Below, piece by piece: positions 55,877 through 64,000 of a stretch of 64,000 nucleotides of DNA. The stretch is taken from the NCBI GenBank assembly GCA_964394645.1, contig CAYMYC010000003.1, forward strand, positions 18,315-82,314. Reading direction: 5' to 3'. Both the position numbers and the translations under genes were made by a program. This DNA comes from an uncultured Gammaproteobacteria bacterium. Lineage in GTDB: Bacteria > Patescibacteriota > Microgenomatia > Levybacterales > GWA1-39-11. The notes below the pieces were generated by a model. The model had not been told where the DNA came from and searched no databases. It saw nothing but the letters and a program-made list of their open reading frames with translations. Within the stretch, counting starts at the first letter, position 1. Every line of letters starts with the position of its first letter.

Positions 55877-56599
55877 ATGGAGGGTAGATTGACAAAGAAA
55901 GAAAGGAAAGAGCAAAAAAGACTTGATTCTGCATATAAAATGGAAGAAAAACCAAAAAAAGCAAAATTTATCATTATTTTCTTGGTATGTGCTTTATTTC
56001 TGGCTTTTGGTGCTTTTGCAATATACACAAGCAAGATGTCTCAAAACAAAAGGGCTAGCGCATCTGTTTCATTTTTACCATCTGGTTGGGTAACGGGAAA
56101 TGCAAAATCGTCTGTTACGGTAACAGAATTTGGGGACTTTCAGTGTCCAGCATGTTTCACCTTTGAGACGACTATGCGTAAAATAAGAAGTGAATATGGT
56201 AATAAGATAAAGATTGTTTACAAACATTTTCCCCTCAAACAAGCACATCCAAATGCAATCCCCTCAGCAATTGCTGCTGAAGCTGCCGGAAAGCAAGGAA
56301 AATTTTGGGAATTCCACGATTTATTATATGACAACCAAAACGTATGGGCAGGTCTTCCCGATCCAACCACAGAGTTTATAAAATACGCAGAAAAATTAAA
56401 GTTAGACACTGATCTTTTTAAGAAAGAACTTGGAAATAGTAAACATGAGGAGGTTATCACAGCTCAGGAGGATGAGGGTATAAAAATTGGAGTGAATGCA
56501 ACGCCTACGGTGTATGTAAACGGTATGTACATGGGGGTTCCAAGCTATGAAGATTTAAAGAAAAAAATAGATGACGCGTTAGGTGCTTCTAAAAAATAG
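55877..56599 (+). CDS. Membrane-anchored thioredoxin-fold thiol:disulfide oxidoreductase (DsbA/BdbD-like)
   Basis: An N-terminal TM helix is followed by the active site FGDFQCPACFTFE (CPAC) in a DsbA-like fold. I chose the ATG at 55877; the TTG at 55853 is an alternative. Confidence 0.7.
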   Translation: MEGRLTKKERKEQKRLDSAYKMEEKPKKAKFIIIFLVCALFLAFGAFAIYTSKMSQNKRASASVSFLPSGWVTGNAKSSVTVTEFGDFQCPACFTFETTMRKIRSEYGNKIKIVYKHFPLKQAHPNAIPSAIAAEAAGKQGKFWEFHDLLYDNQNVWAGLPDPTTEFIKYAEKLKLDTDLFKKELGNSKHEEVITAQEDEGIKIGVNATPTVYVNGMYMGVPSYEDLKKKIDDALGASKK

Positions 56600-56600
56600 A

Positions 56601-57158
56601 ATGGATACATCATTTGCTCCTCTTATTTTGTTTTTAGGATTAGGAACTCTTTTTTTGGATATTGGGGTTATCGTGCTTCTTATTATTTTTTTTATGACGT
56701 ACTTATCTCACAAGAAATCTATATTTTCTCGTGTTTACAGATTTATGTATAATAATTCGTTGTTGCTAGCTTTTTTGATCGCGACATCAGCAACACTTTT
56801 AAGCCTTTTTCTATCAGAGATAGTACTTTTTCCTCCGTGCAAGCTATGTTGGTATCAGCGTATTTTTATGTACCCTCAAGTAATTGTTTTAGGTATCGGT
56901 TTTTTTATAAATGACAAAATGGCAAAGCTTTACGGACTTGTTTTAAGCATTATAGGTTTCACTATTGCGGTATATCATATTCTATTGCAGTTTTTCCCTG
57001 GAATTTTTCCTTGTTCGGATGAGATAGCAAACTGTGCGCTCAAGCAATTTGAATATTTTGGATACATAACTATTCCGGTCATGTCAGCCTCTGCATTTGC
57101 GGCAATAATTGTTGTATTAATGTTCGGGCTTATTACAAACCGCAAGATTTCATCTTGA
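56601..57158 (+). CDS. Disulfide bond formation protein B (DsbB/BdbC-like)
   Basis: The first periplasmic Cys pair is FPPCKLCWYQRIFMYP, matching BdbC PCELCWYQRI. The second pair is CSDEIANC. 4-5 TM helices. The start is uncertain: ATG 56601 or ATG 56745. Confidence 0.65.
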   Translation: MDTSFAPLILFLGLGTLFLDIGVIVLLIIFFMTYLSHKKSIFSRVYRFMYNNSLLLAFLIATSATLLSLFLSEIVLFPPCKLCWYQRIFMYPQVIVLGIGFFINDKMAKLYGLVLSIIGFTIAVYHILLQFFPGIFPCSDEIANCALKQFEYFGYITIPVMSASAFAAIIVVLMFGLITNRKISS

Positions 57159-57197
57159 CTACAAAACCACTATAATAATAGCTAGCAGTAAAAAGCT

Positions 57198-57917
57198 ATG
57201 ACCAAAAAGCAAATTATTAAATACCTTGTGTTGCGTACGTTGGGAAACTTTCTTATTTTATTTATGATTTTCGGTTTTATAGCAACTTTTGGTCCCGCTC
57301 TTTTTTATGAAGCAAGATTTAGGATTGAAGAGGCGAGGGGAGTTAGGTATGAACTACCGGATAATGAACCCTCGGAGCTTGCAAAAATAATTCAGAGAAG
57401 AAAAACATCACGAGAGCCAGGTCAAAACTTATTTGGCTCAGTGCTTTCAGGGAAAAAAGTACAAATTTTAACACCTGTTGATACTAGTTTTTCAGTAGTG
57501 ATCCCAAAAATTGGTGCAAATGAAAAGGTTACTCCCAATGTAAATCCTGCAAGCGGGGAAGAATATTTAGAAGTTTTAAAGCATACAGTTGCTCATGCTC
57601 GTGGCACATCTCTTCCTGGGCTAAACGGTACGACTTATCTCTTTGCGCACTCAGCGGATAATTTCTGGGATGTAGGGCGTTATAATGCAGTTTTCTATCT
57701 ATTAAAGGATTTGCATATTGGAGACGATATTTCAGTTTTTTTTAATGATAAGAGGTATAACTACACGGTATATGATAAAAAGATTGTAGATCCTAGTGAG
57801 GTAGGGTATTTGGCTGCAAATATTGGTCAAGGAGAGCGTTTAATATTGCAAACTTGTTGGCCGCCAGGTACAACTTGGAAAAGGTTACTTATATTTGCCA
57901 AACCTAAAAATACTTAA
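57198..57917 (+). CDS. Sortase-family transpeptidase (putative)
   Basis: An N-terminal TM helix, a His region YLFAHS, the active-site Cys in LILQTCWPPG (TLxTC-like), and an Arg 10 residues downstream. Confidence 0.5.
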   Translation: MTKKQIIKYLVLRTLGNFLILFMIFGFIATFGPALFYEARFRIEEARGVRYELPDNEPSELAKIIQRRKTSREPGQNLFGSVLSGKKVQILTPVDTSFSVVIPKIGANEKVTPNVNPASGEEYLEVLKHTVAHARGTSLPGLNGTTYLFAHSADNFWDVGRYNAVFYLLKDLHIGDDISVFFNDKRYNYTVYDKKIVDPSEVGYLAANIGQGERLILQTCWPPGTTWKRLLIFAKPKNT

Positions 57918-57987
57918 CATCAAAAAAGTAATTTCAATAACTGCCTCTCCTTATGACAAATGGTGCGATAACTAGTATAATTATTTT

Positions 57988-60210
57988 ATGAACGTTTCAG
58001 AACCTCATTTACCGGAGAAATTGGTTCATCTTATGGTTCGGAATCCAAAAGATGATGAAACTCCGATTCAGGCAGCAACACAGATTTTTTCAGGGATTCT
58101 ACCTCATTCATTTATTCCCCTTTGGAAACGTATATATATTCATCCATCAGTTTTTGCATTTGAATTGTTTCTTATAAATCAGTTGGCATCTTTTTATGTT
58201 ACCGCACCCAAGGAGAAGGAAACAGTTGTTTCAAGTCTTATTTCATCCTCTTTTCCCAAATCAAACATCACTAAAACTACTGACCCCATGGTGGAGGTGT
58301 TAAAGGCAAAGCACATTGTATATGGACAAATGATTTTAGATTCATATTCTTATCTTCCAATCAAAACATATGCTGATTTTGAAGACGTAGATCCATTGTC
58401 TGCGCTTTTAGGGTTTCTGGGTAAGCAAGATGAGAACACGCAGATGGCTGTTCAAATATTAGTAACTCCTGCACTTTTTGATTGGCAGCATAAGGCAGTT
58501 GATATGGCAGGACATATGGTTTTAGATGCTCCAGGAGCACCAAATGATCCGAGCGAGAAGGCTCGTTATTCACAGAATCCCCAGAAACTACTCATGATGC
58601 AGAAGGCATCATTTGTGGGTGGTAAAACAGTGGTACGTTTAGTTGTGGGTAGTGATAGTGCTGAGAAGGCAAAGCATGAGCTGCATAATTTAGCGGGTAT
58701 TTTTGGTACCTTTTCTCAGGGAGAGGGGAATCAATTTGTTCTAAAACGACCAAAAATTAGAAAAAAGGTATTACTTGTCAGAATAAAAGATAGGAAAACT
58801 GGAATTTTTGAACGTCGGAATCAAGTGTTAAATGCTCAGGAATTAGCTACTTTATGGCATCCACCGGGAATTCTCCTTTCAGGTATACGGAACGTGTCAT
58901 GGGGGAAGACTCTTCTTGGTGAGCCTCCAGAGAATCTACCGGTAATAACCGGTATGGCTGATGACGAAAAGCAAAAAGTAAATTTTTTTGCAAAAACAGA
59001 ATATAAAAACAAAGAAACAATATTTGGCATAAAAGATGCAGATAGACGAAAACACATTTATGCAATTGGTAAAACTGGGGCAGGGAAATCTACTCTGATT
59101 GCAAACATGGCAATTGATGATATTCGGAAGGGAAGAGGAATTGGAATTATAGATCCTCATGGAGACTTATCGGAAACAATTTTAGACTATATACCAAAAA
59201 GAAGACTAAATGATGTTGTTTATCTTGAGCCTTTTGATAAAGAGCGACCCTTCTCACTGAATGTGTTAGAAGTACATAACAAGCAGCACAAAGATTTGGT
59301 TGCATCAGGAATAGTTTCTATTTTTCATAAGATTTACGGGGATAGTTGGGGTCCTAGGCTAGAGTATATATTGCGGAATGTTATTTTAACGCTTTTGGAT
59401 ATAGAGGAGGGGACTCTTATAGACGCGTTGAGGTTATTATCCGACGATTCATTTAGGGCAAGTGTCGTACCTCGTTTAAATGATCCTGTATTAAGAAATT
59501 TTTGGACAGGTGAATTTGATAGGATGTCTGATAAATTGAGGGCAGAAGCCGTTTCTCCCATCCAAAATAAAATTGGTCAATTTGTCTCAAGCAGCATGAT
59601 AAGAAATATAATAGGTAATAAAACATCTAGCATTAATCTACAAGAAATAATGGATGAGGGGAAAATATTAATTCTTAATCTATCACAGGGGAAATTAGGA
59701 GAAGACAACGCGGCGTTATTGGGTGCTATGATAATTACACAAATTCAACTTGCTGCTATGAATAGGTCTTATGTTAAAGAAGAAGACAGACGGGACTTTT
59801 TCCTTTATGTAGACGAGTTTCAGAATTTTGCAACAGAATCTTTTGCAAAGATTTTATCTGAGGCAAGAAAATATAGACTATCATTAACGCTTGCAAATCA
59901 ATATGGTGATCAACTGGAAGAGGAAATACAGAGGGCAATTTTTGGTAACGCAGGGAGCATTATATCATTTGTTGTAGGAGCAAGAGATGCGTATATGTTA
60001 ACGCGTGAATTTGCCGAAGTCTATTCTGAAAATGACTTGGTTTCACTTGGTAAGTTTGAAACGGTAGTAAAACTCTCAATTGACGGAATGACCTCAGGTC
60101 CATTTCCTGCCATTACATTACCGTTACCAAATCTTAAAAACGATAACAGGGAGGATATCATAAGAAACAGCCGCGAGCGTTATGGTCGGAAGCCTGTAAA
60201 AAACTTCTAG
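57988..60210 (+). CDS. TraD/TraG/VirD4-like coupling-protein-family ATPase (DUF87/TraG-D_C type)
   Basis: Walker A IGKTGAGKSTLIANMAIDD, the IIDPHGDL motif, Walker B FLYVDEFQNF, and a C-terminal ...LTLANQYGDQLEEEIQRAIFGNAGSIISF typical of the TraG/TraD C-terminal domain. There is a ~330-aa N-terminal domain of unknown function. Confidence 0.7.
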   Translation: MNVSEPHLPEKLVHLMVRNPKDDETPIQAATQIFSGILPHSFIPLWKRIYIHPSVFAFELFLINQLASFYVTAPKEKETVVSSLISSSFPKSNITKTTDPMVEVLKAKHIVYGQMILDSYSYLPIKTYADFEDVDPLSALLGFLGKQDENTQMAVQILVTPALFDWQHKAVDMAGHMVLDAPGAPNDPSEKARYSQNPQKLLMMQKASFVGGKTVVRLVVGSDSAEKAKHELHNLAGIFGTFSQGEGNQFVLKRPKIRKKVLLVRIKDRKTGIFERRNQVLNAQELATLWHPPGILLSGIRNVSWGKTLLGEPPENLPVITGMADDEKQKVNFFAKTEYKNKETIFGIKDADRRKHIYAIGKTGAGKSTLIANMAIDDIRKGRGIGIIDPHGDLSETILDYIPKRRLNDVVYLEPFDKERPFSLNVLEVHNKQHKDLVASGIVSIFHKIYGDSWGPRLEYILRNVILTLLDIEEGTLIDALRLLSDDSFRASVVPRLNDPVLRNFWTGEFDRMSDKLRAEAVSPIQNKIGQFVSSSMIRNIIGNKTSSINLQEIMDEGKILILNLSQGKLGEDNAALLGAMIITQIQLAAMNRSYVKEEDRRDFFLYVDEFQNFATESFAKILSEARKYRLSLTLANQYGDQLEEEIQRAIFGNAGSIISFVVGARDAYMLTREFAEVYSENDLVSLGKFETVVKLSIDGMTSGPFPAITLPLPNLKNDNREDIIRNSRERYGRKPVKNF

Positions 60211-60250
60211 TTTCTTCACGTTCCGGTCTTGGTCATAGCTTCTCTTTATA

Positions 60251-61027
60251 GTGTATAATGCCAATATGGTTAGAAGGCTTACTTTTTTATTGTCAGTAAT
60301 GTTACTCTGTTTTATCCTTTTTTTCTTTTCTTCAACCTTTTCAAAGCCCGTAGATTTTATAGTAAACATTTTATCTTTTCCTCGTGTGACTTTACATAGT
60401 TCAATATATGCTCAGGGAAGACTAACAAGGGAAGATACCCTCCTTATTGAGAACAAAAAGTTAAGCGAGCAGCTGACAAAAATGGACTTATTAAAGAGGG
60501 ATAATGACGCGCTTCGTTCGCAATTTCAAGAAACCTCTCAGCTATCATCAGATTTGCTTCCCGCGAAAGTGATAGGCTTTACAGGGGTTTTAAATAACCC
60601 CACAACCCTCATTTTAAATCAGGGGGAGAAAAGTAATGTAAGAACAGGGATGGCAGTGATAGTAGGAGAAAATTTAGTGGGTAAGATTGGCAAAACTACA
60701 AATTGGAGTTCTGAGTTGATTTTACCGGTAAGCAAAAAATTTTCCACATTAGGGGTTGCAGCGTCACACAATAGTCCCGGAATTATAAGAGGTGAAGAAG
60801 ACTTTATATTGTTTGAGAATATAGTTATTACAGATTCTATATCAAAAAACGAAATGGTGGTAACTAAGGGAGAGAAGAGCTTGAATGGTGTGGGGATTCC
60901 ACCAGATCTAATAATAGGAAAAATTGTGCTTGTGAATAAATCGGAAACACAACCTTTTCAGAGCGCACAAATAAAAAGCTTAGTAGATTTTAAGAAATTA
61001 ACAATAGTTTTTATAATCACAAAATAG
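60251..61027 (+). CDS. mreC: Rod shape-determining protein MreC
   Basis: An N-terminal TM, a coiled-coil (ENKKLSEQLTKMDLLKRDNDALRSQ), then a beta-barrel region (VIGF...NQGEKSNVRTGMAVIV...LVGKI). It lies upstream of mreD and PBP2. Confidence 0.75.
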   Translation: MYNANMVRRLTFLLSVMLLCFILFFFSSTFSKPVDFIVNILSFPRVTLHSSIYAQGRLTREDTLLIENKKLSEQLTKMDLLKRDNDALRSQFQETSQLSSDLLPAKVIGFTGVLNNPTTLILNQGEKSNVRTGMAVIVGENLVGKIGKTTNWSSELILPVSKKFSTLGVAASHNSPGIIRGEEDFILFENIVITDSISKNEMVVTKGEKSLNGVGIPPDLIIGKIVLVNKSETQPFQSAQIKSLVDFKKLTIVFIITK

Positions 61028-61031
61028 AGTT

Positions 61032-61469
61032 ATGATTTCTCACGTCTTATTTATTTTACTTCTCACGATTGCATTATTGGTGGAAATTTCAATAATTCCT
61101 TTTCCTTTTGTTTTTCTTTTTTCTTTATTATATTTTTTCTATTCAAAGAGGGTGTTTACCATTTTTATTATTCTGTTTTTTTCGTTATTATTAGATAGAG
61201 CACAGTTGCACACATTAGGGCTAAGTTCATTATTTTTCTTTTTTTTCTTTTCTGTAGTTACGTTATTGGAGAAATCGCTTTCTGTAAAGGCGACTTCTTT
61301 ATTTGCAGCATTAACAATATTGGTAGGTACTGAAGTATATAGGCAATATATAGGCTATCCCTTTTTGCCGGTTTTTGAAGTAATCATGATAGTATTTCTT
61401 ACATCACTTATTGTGCTTGAGCGTTTTATTGGTAAGAAGGAAAGACCGATATATGAAAAAAAAATATAA
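61032..61469 (+). CDS. mreD: Rod shape-determining protein MreD (putative)
   Basis: A 145-aa polytopic membrane protein positioned between mreC and the PBP2 gene. Confidence 0.5.
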   Translation: MISHVLFILLLTIALLVEISIIPFPFVFLFSLLYFFYSKRVFTIFIILFFSLLLDRAQLHTLGLSSLFFFFFFSVVTLLEKSLSVKATSLFAALTILVGTEVYRQYIGYPFLPVFEVIMIVFLTSLIVLERFIGKKERPIYEKKI

Positions 61470-63240
61470 AACAGGTATAGCATTTTCTGATTTCGTAACG
61501 CGGGAGAGATCCATGTTTTCCTCAGGAAAGAATAGCTCATCTGTTTTTCAGCCTTCAGAGCTGTTGCTTATGATCCCTGCATTTCTGCTAATTTGTGTTT
61601 TTTTGATTCTTTTTCTAAGGCTCTTCTATGTACAGGTGGTGCAAGGAGCTTATTATTCTGGTTTAGCTGATCAAAACAGAACAAGAACTATAACCATTCC
61701 CGCACCAAGAGGTATAATCTTTGACAGATTTAATCGCCCACTTGTACGTAACGTCCCCATATTTGAAATATTTGAGAATAAGAAAGCAAAATTAATTGGA
61801 AAAGATCAGGCATTGCAACTTTTAAATCAGGGAAAGGATGTCAAGGATACAACCACGCGAGAATATTTATATGGTAGTAATTTCGCGAACGTTTTAGGCT
61901 ACACTGGACAAATATCTGAAGAGGAACTAAATAGCCCAGAGTATAAGGATTATGTCATAACAGACTTTGTAGGTAAAATCGGTCTTGAGAGTGAGTATGA
62001 AAAAGTCCTCCATGGAGAAAACGGAAAAGAACTATATGAAGTAAATGCGGCAGGTGAAAAGAGTAGATTTTTGGGGAGGGAAGAACCTATCTCTGGGGAA
62101 AATATTATAACCACGCTAGATATAGATATTCAACAGGCAGTAGCAAACGCTATGAAAGATATTAAAAAAGGAGCGGTAGTTGTATCAAATCCCAAAGATG
62201 GTGGGATAATGGCGTTGTATACGAAACCTACATTTGATAGTAATATCTTTACTCATTCAAAAGAATATGTAGCAGAAGGAGATTATAAGGATGTAAGCTC
62301 TATCCTTTTAGATACTGAAAACCAACCCTTATTAGATAGGGCAATTGGGGGAGTATATCCTCCCGGTTCAACGTTTAAGCTTGTTACTGCGGTTGCAGCC
62401 CTTTCATCAGGCGCTATAAAGCCAGACACAAAAATTGAGGATACGGGAGTATTGAGGGTGGGAAGTTTTTCGTTTGGAAATTGGTACTTTTTACAGCATG
62501 GAAGAAAGGATGGGTTTGTAGATGTAGTTGCAGCTATAAAACGTTCAAATGATATATTTTTCTACAAAGCTGCTGATGAAACAGGAGTTGATACGTTAAG
62601 TCGTTGGGCAATGCAATTTGGATTGGGAAACACATTGGGAATAGATGTTCCTGGTGAGGTAGCAGGGACTGTTCCTACGCGTGAATGGAAGGAAAGAGTG
62701 ATTTCAGAGCAATGGTATTTAGGAGACACCTTTAATTATGGCATAGGACAAGGATATTTACTAACAACTCCGCTACAGGTTAACTTTATGACAACTGTTG
62801 TGGCAAATGGTGGAGATCTATTTAAGCCACATATTATAAAGGGGACTGGGGAAAAAATAAAGGAAAATTTAGTAAAGAACGAGTATTTGAATCTAGTCTT
62901 ACAGGGAATGAAGGAGAGCTGTGAGGTGGGTGGAGTAGCTTGGCCATTTTTTGATTTTAAAGTTAAAAATGATATGTTAAAAATAGACAACACAAATTAT
63001 GTAGAAGACGCATCCGGTAGTAGTAGTATGGTCAGGGTTAAAGTCGGATGTAAGACAGGGACTGCAGAAACGGGAGGAAAAGAAACAAAACCACACGCAT
63101 GGATTACCGTGATTGCTCCCTTTTACAATCCAGAGGTGGTTGTGACTGTGTTAGTTGAGAATGGAGGAGAAGGATCTAGTATTGCTGGACCTGTAGCACG
63201 CGATATTTTGAAGGTATACTTTGAACGGAAAAAGAATTAA
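61453..63240 (+). CDS. mrdA: Penicillin-binding protein 2 (elongasome transpeptidase)
   Basis: An N-terminal TM, the PBP dimerisation domain (PAPRGIIFDRFNRPLVRN), and the transpeptidase motifs STFK, SND (KRSNDIFFY) and KTGTA. I chose the ATG at 61453. Confidence 0.85.
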   Translation: MKKKYKTGIAFSDFVTRERSMFSSGKNSSSVFQPSELLLMIPAFLLICVFLILFLRLFYVQVVQGAYYSGLADQNRTRTITIPAPRGIIFDRFNRPLVRNVPIFEIFENKKAKLIGKDQALQLLNQGKDVKDTTTREYLYGSNFANVLGYTGQISEEELNSPEYKDYVITDFVGKIGLESEYEKVLHGENGKELYEVNAAGEKSRFLGREEPISGENIITTLDIDIQQAVANAMKDIKKGAVVVSNPKDGGIMALYTKPTFDSNIFTHSKEYVAEGDYKDVSSILLDTENQPLLDRAIGGVYPPGSTFKLVTAVAALSSGAIKPDTKIEDTGVLRVGSFSFGNWYFLQHGRKDGFVDVVAAIKRSNDIFFYKAADETGVDTLSRWAMQFGLGNTLGIDVPGEVAGTVPTREWKERVISEQWYLGDTFNYGIGQGYLLTTPLQVNFMTTVVANGGDLFKPHIIKGTGEKIKENLVKNEYLNLVLQGMKESCEVGGVAWPFFDFKVKNDMLKIDNTNYVEDASGSSSMVRVKVGCKTGTAETGGKETKPHAWITVIAPFYNPEVVVTVLVENGGEGSSIAGPVARDILKVYFERKKN

Positions 63241-63263
63241 TATGTGTTGATAGCTGTTACCGG

Positions 63264-63932
63264 TTAATCAATCCACTTTATTGTTGAGAGGATTTTTTCA
63301 AACATTGTAAGATTTGCGTAATTCATAAGACTTATTTGTATGTTTGGCATTATATGTACGATTTGATTTGTGCCGTCTCCCATGAGTCCACCGCTTCTTA
63401 TTTCTTTCCATTGTGCTGATGTCTTGTTGTCTATTTTCCCTAACGCTACATTTGAGATTGTTGTAGTTGGTGTATATGGTTCAGACCCGTCACTGCCATC
63501 ATTTTTTACAACTTCAGACTTTGGAATAGAAGATTCCAGTGAAGCAAAGGGAGTCGTTAGTTTCCCAATGTGCATTTCTCCGGCGTTGCCTCCAAAGGGG
63601 CAGCTTTTTGCAAATTCTGCAGGTTGAGGGTTTTTCTTAAAAATTACATAATAGTCTTTTCCGCAATCCCACATATCCCAATCTTGCGGAACTTTAAGTT
63701 CAGCAAATGAAGTTTTTATAAGTTTCCACCTCGCAATTTCTGGGTCAGGGGTTGGAGTTGCGGTGGGAGAGGGTGTGACGCGCGGTGTGCTTAAGGGAGA
63801 ATGCATTTTTTCAGGAGTAATTTTAGTAGTCATCTTATTATCAGTATTAGTTTTATTTGCTTGCATGATATAAATTCCCATACCCATAACTGTAATAAGT
63901 AAAAGTAAAATAATGCCGACTAATATTCCCAT
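63264..63932 (-). CDS. Hypothetical membrane-anchored Pro/Thr-rich protein (222 aa)
   Basis: An N-terminal TM, a PT-rich linker (TPSPTATPTPDPE) and a soluble domain. Confidence 0.45.
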   Translation of the reverse strand: MGILVGIILLLLITVMGMGIYIMQANKTNTDNKMTTKITPEKMHSPLSTPRVTPSPTATPTPDPEIARWKLIKTSFAELKVPQDWDMWDCGKDYYVIFKKNPQPAEFAKSCPFGGNAGEMHIGKLTTPFASLESSIPKSEVVKNDGSDGSEPYTPTTTISNVALGKIDNKTSAQWKEIRSGGLMGDGTNQIVHIMPNIQISLMNYANLTMFEKILSTIKWID

Positions 63933-64000
63933 AAAGAACTTTGGGGGTTTTTGTGCATGAGTTGTCGTAGGTGTGTCTATTTGGTTAGTGTGTTTTTCTA

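Noticed and set aside
1-64000. Alternative genetic code (UGA reassignment, as in some CPR lineages such as Gracilibacteria/Absconditabacteria)
   Set aside because: Long ORFs are intact under code 11, and TGA is clearly used as a stop at coupled gene junctions (for example ATGA at 3258, and the end of the recombinase at 55448-55450).

Overview
This 64 kb window is gene-dense, low-GC bacterial DNA read under the standard genetic code; TGA is used as a stop and there are no signs of recoding. The overall character is that of a small, reduced Patescibacteria/CPR-like genome. Supporting signs are many short hypothetical membrane-anchored proteins, r-proteins with extensions, a sortase, a VirD4-like ATPase and a glycine-rich RRM protein. 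This lineage assignment is inference only.

Recognisable housekeeping genes:
- Translation/ribosome: rpmG, secE-nusG-rplK-rplA, era, typA/bipA, argS, truB.
- Metabolism and repair: galU, ndk, rnhB.
- Cell wall/shape: mreC-mreD-PBP2.
- Envelope: an ABC ATPase with a MacB/FtsX-type permease downstream of a giant FN3-repeat surface protein that is cut off at the 5' window edge.
- Other: GT-C glycosyltransferase with a PAP2 phosphatase, a VapBC toxin-antitoxin pair, an M16 peptidase, a HAD hydrolase, and a DsbA/BdbC pair.

I read five tRNA genes by eye: Tyr-GUA, Thr-GGU, Trp-CCA, Pro-CGG and Arg-CCU-like.

The most interesting region is 50.3-55.9 kb. It holds a ~5 kb GC-richer integrated element (a) with three features:
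- It carries a large serine recombinase, an excisionase-like HTH, an HNH endonuclease with HEARO repeats, and a phage terminase-small-subunit-like HTH protein.
- The recombinase gene's 3' end overlaps the 3' end of tRNA-Pro on the opposite strand.
- This looks like a tRNA-targeted phage-satellite-like or mini integrative element.

Right next to the element is an odd nested locus (b) with three features:
- It contains an intact tRNA-Arg(CCU)-like gene.
- An extra 10-bp inverted repeat extends the tRNA's acceptor stem.
- It is flanked by a 5' tRNA fragment and a 3' tRNA fragment whose acceptor strands pair with each other but not with the intact copy.

Other curiosities:
- A ~105-bp direct repeat duplicates the promoter and first codons of the M16 peptidase gene on either side of a small inserted gene.
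- A DsbA-BdbC-sortase-coupling-protein-like ATPase cluster.
- rplA carries an ~87-aa charged N-terminal extension and is not followed by rplJ/rplL.
- Several intergenic repeat families.

No rRNA, CRISPR array or obvious riboswitch was seen. All calls come from reading the sequence and motifs by eye; no database searches were run.
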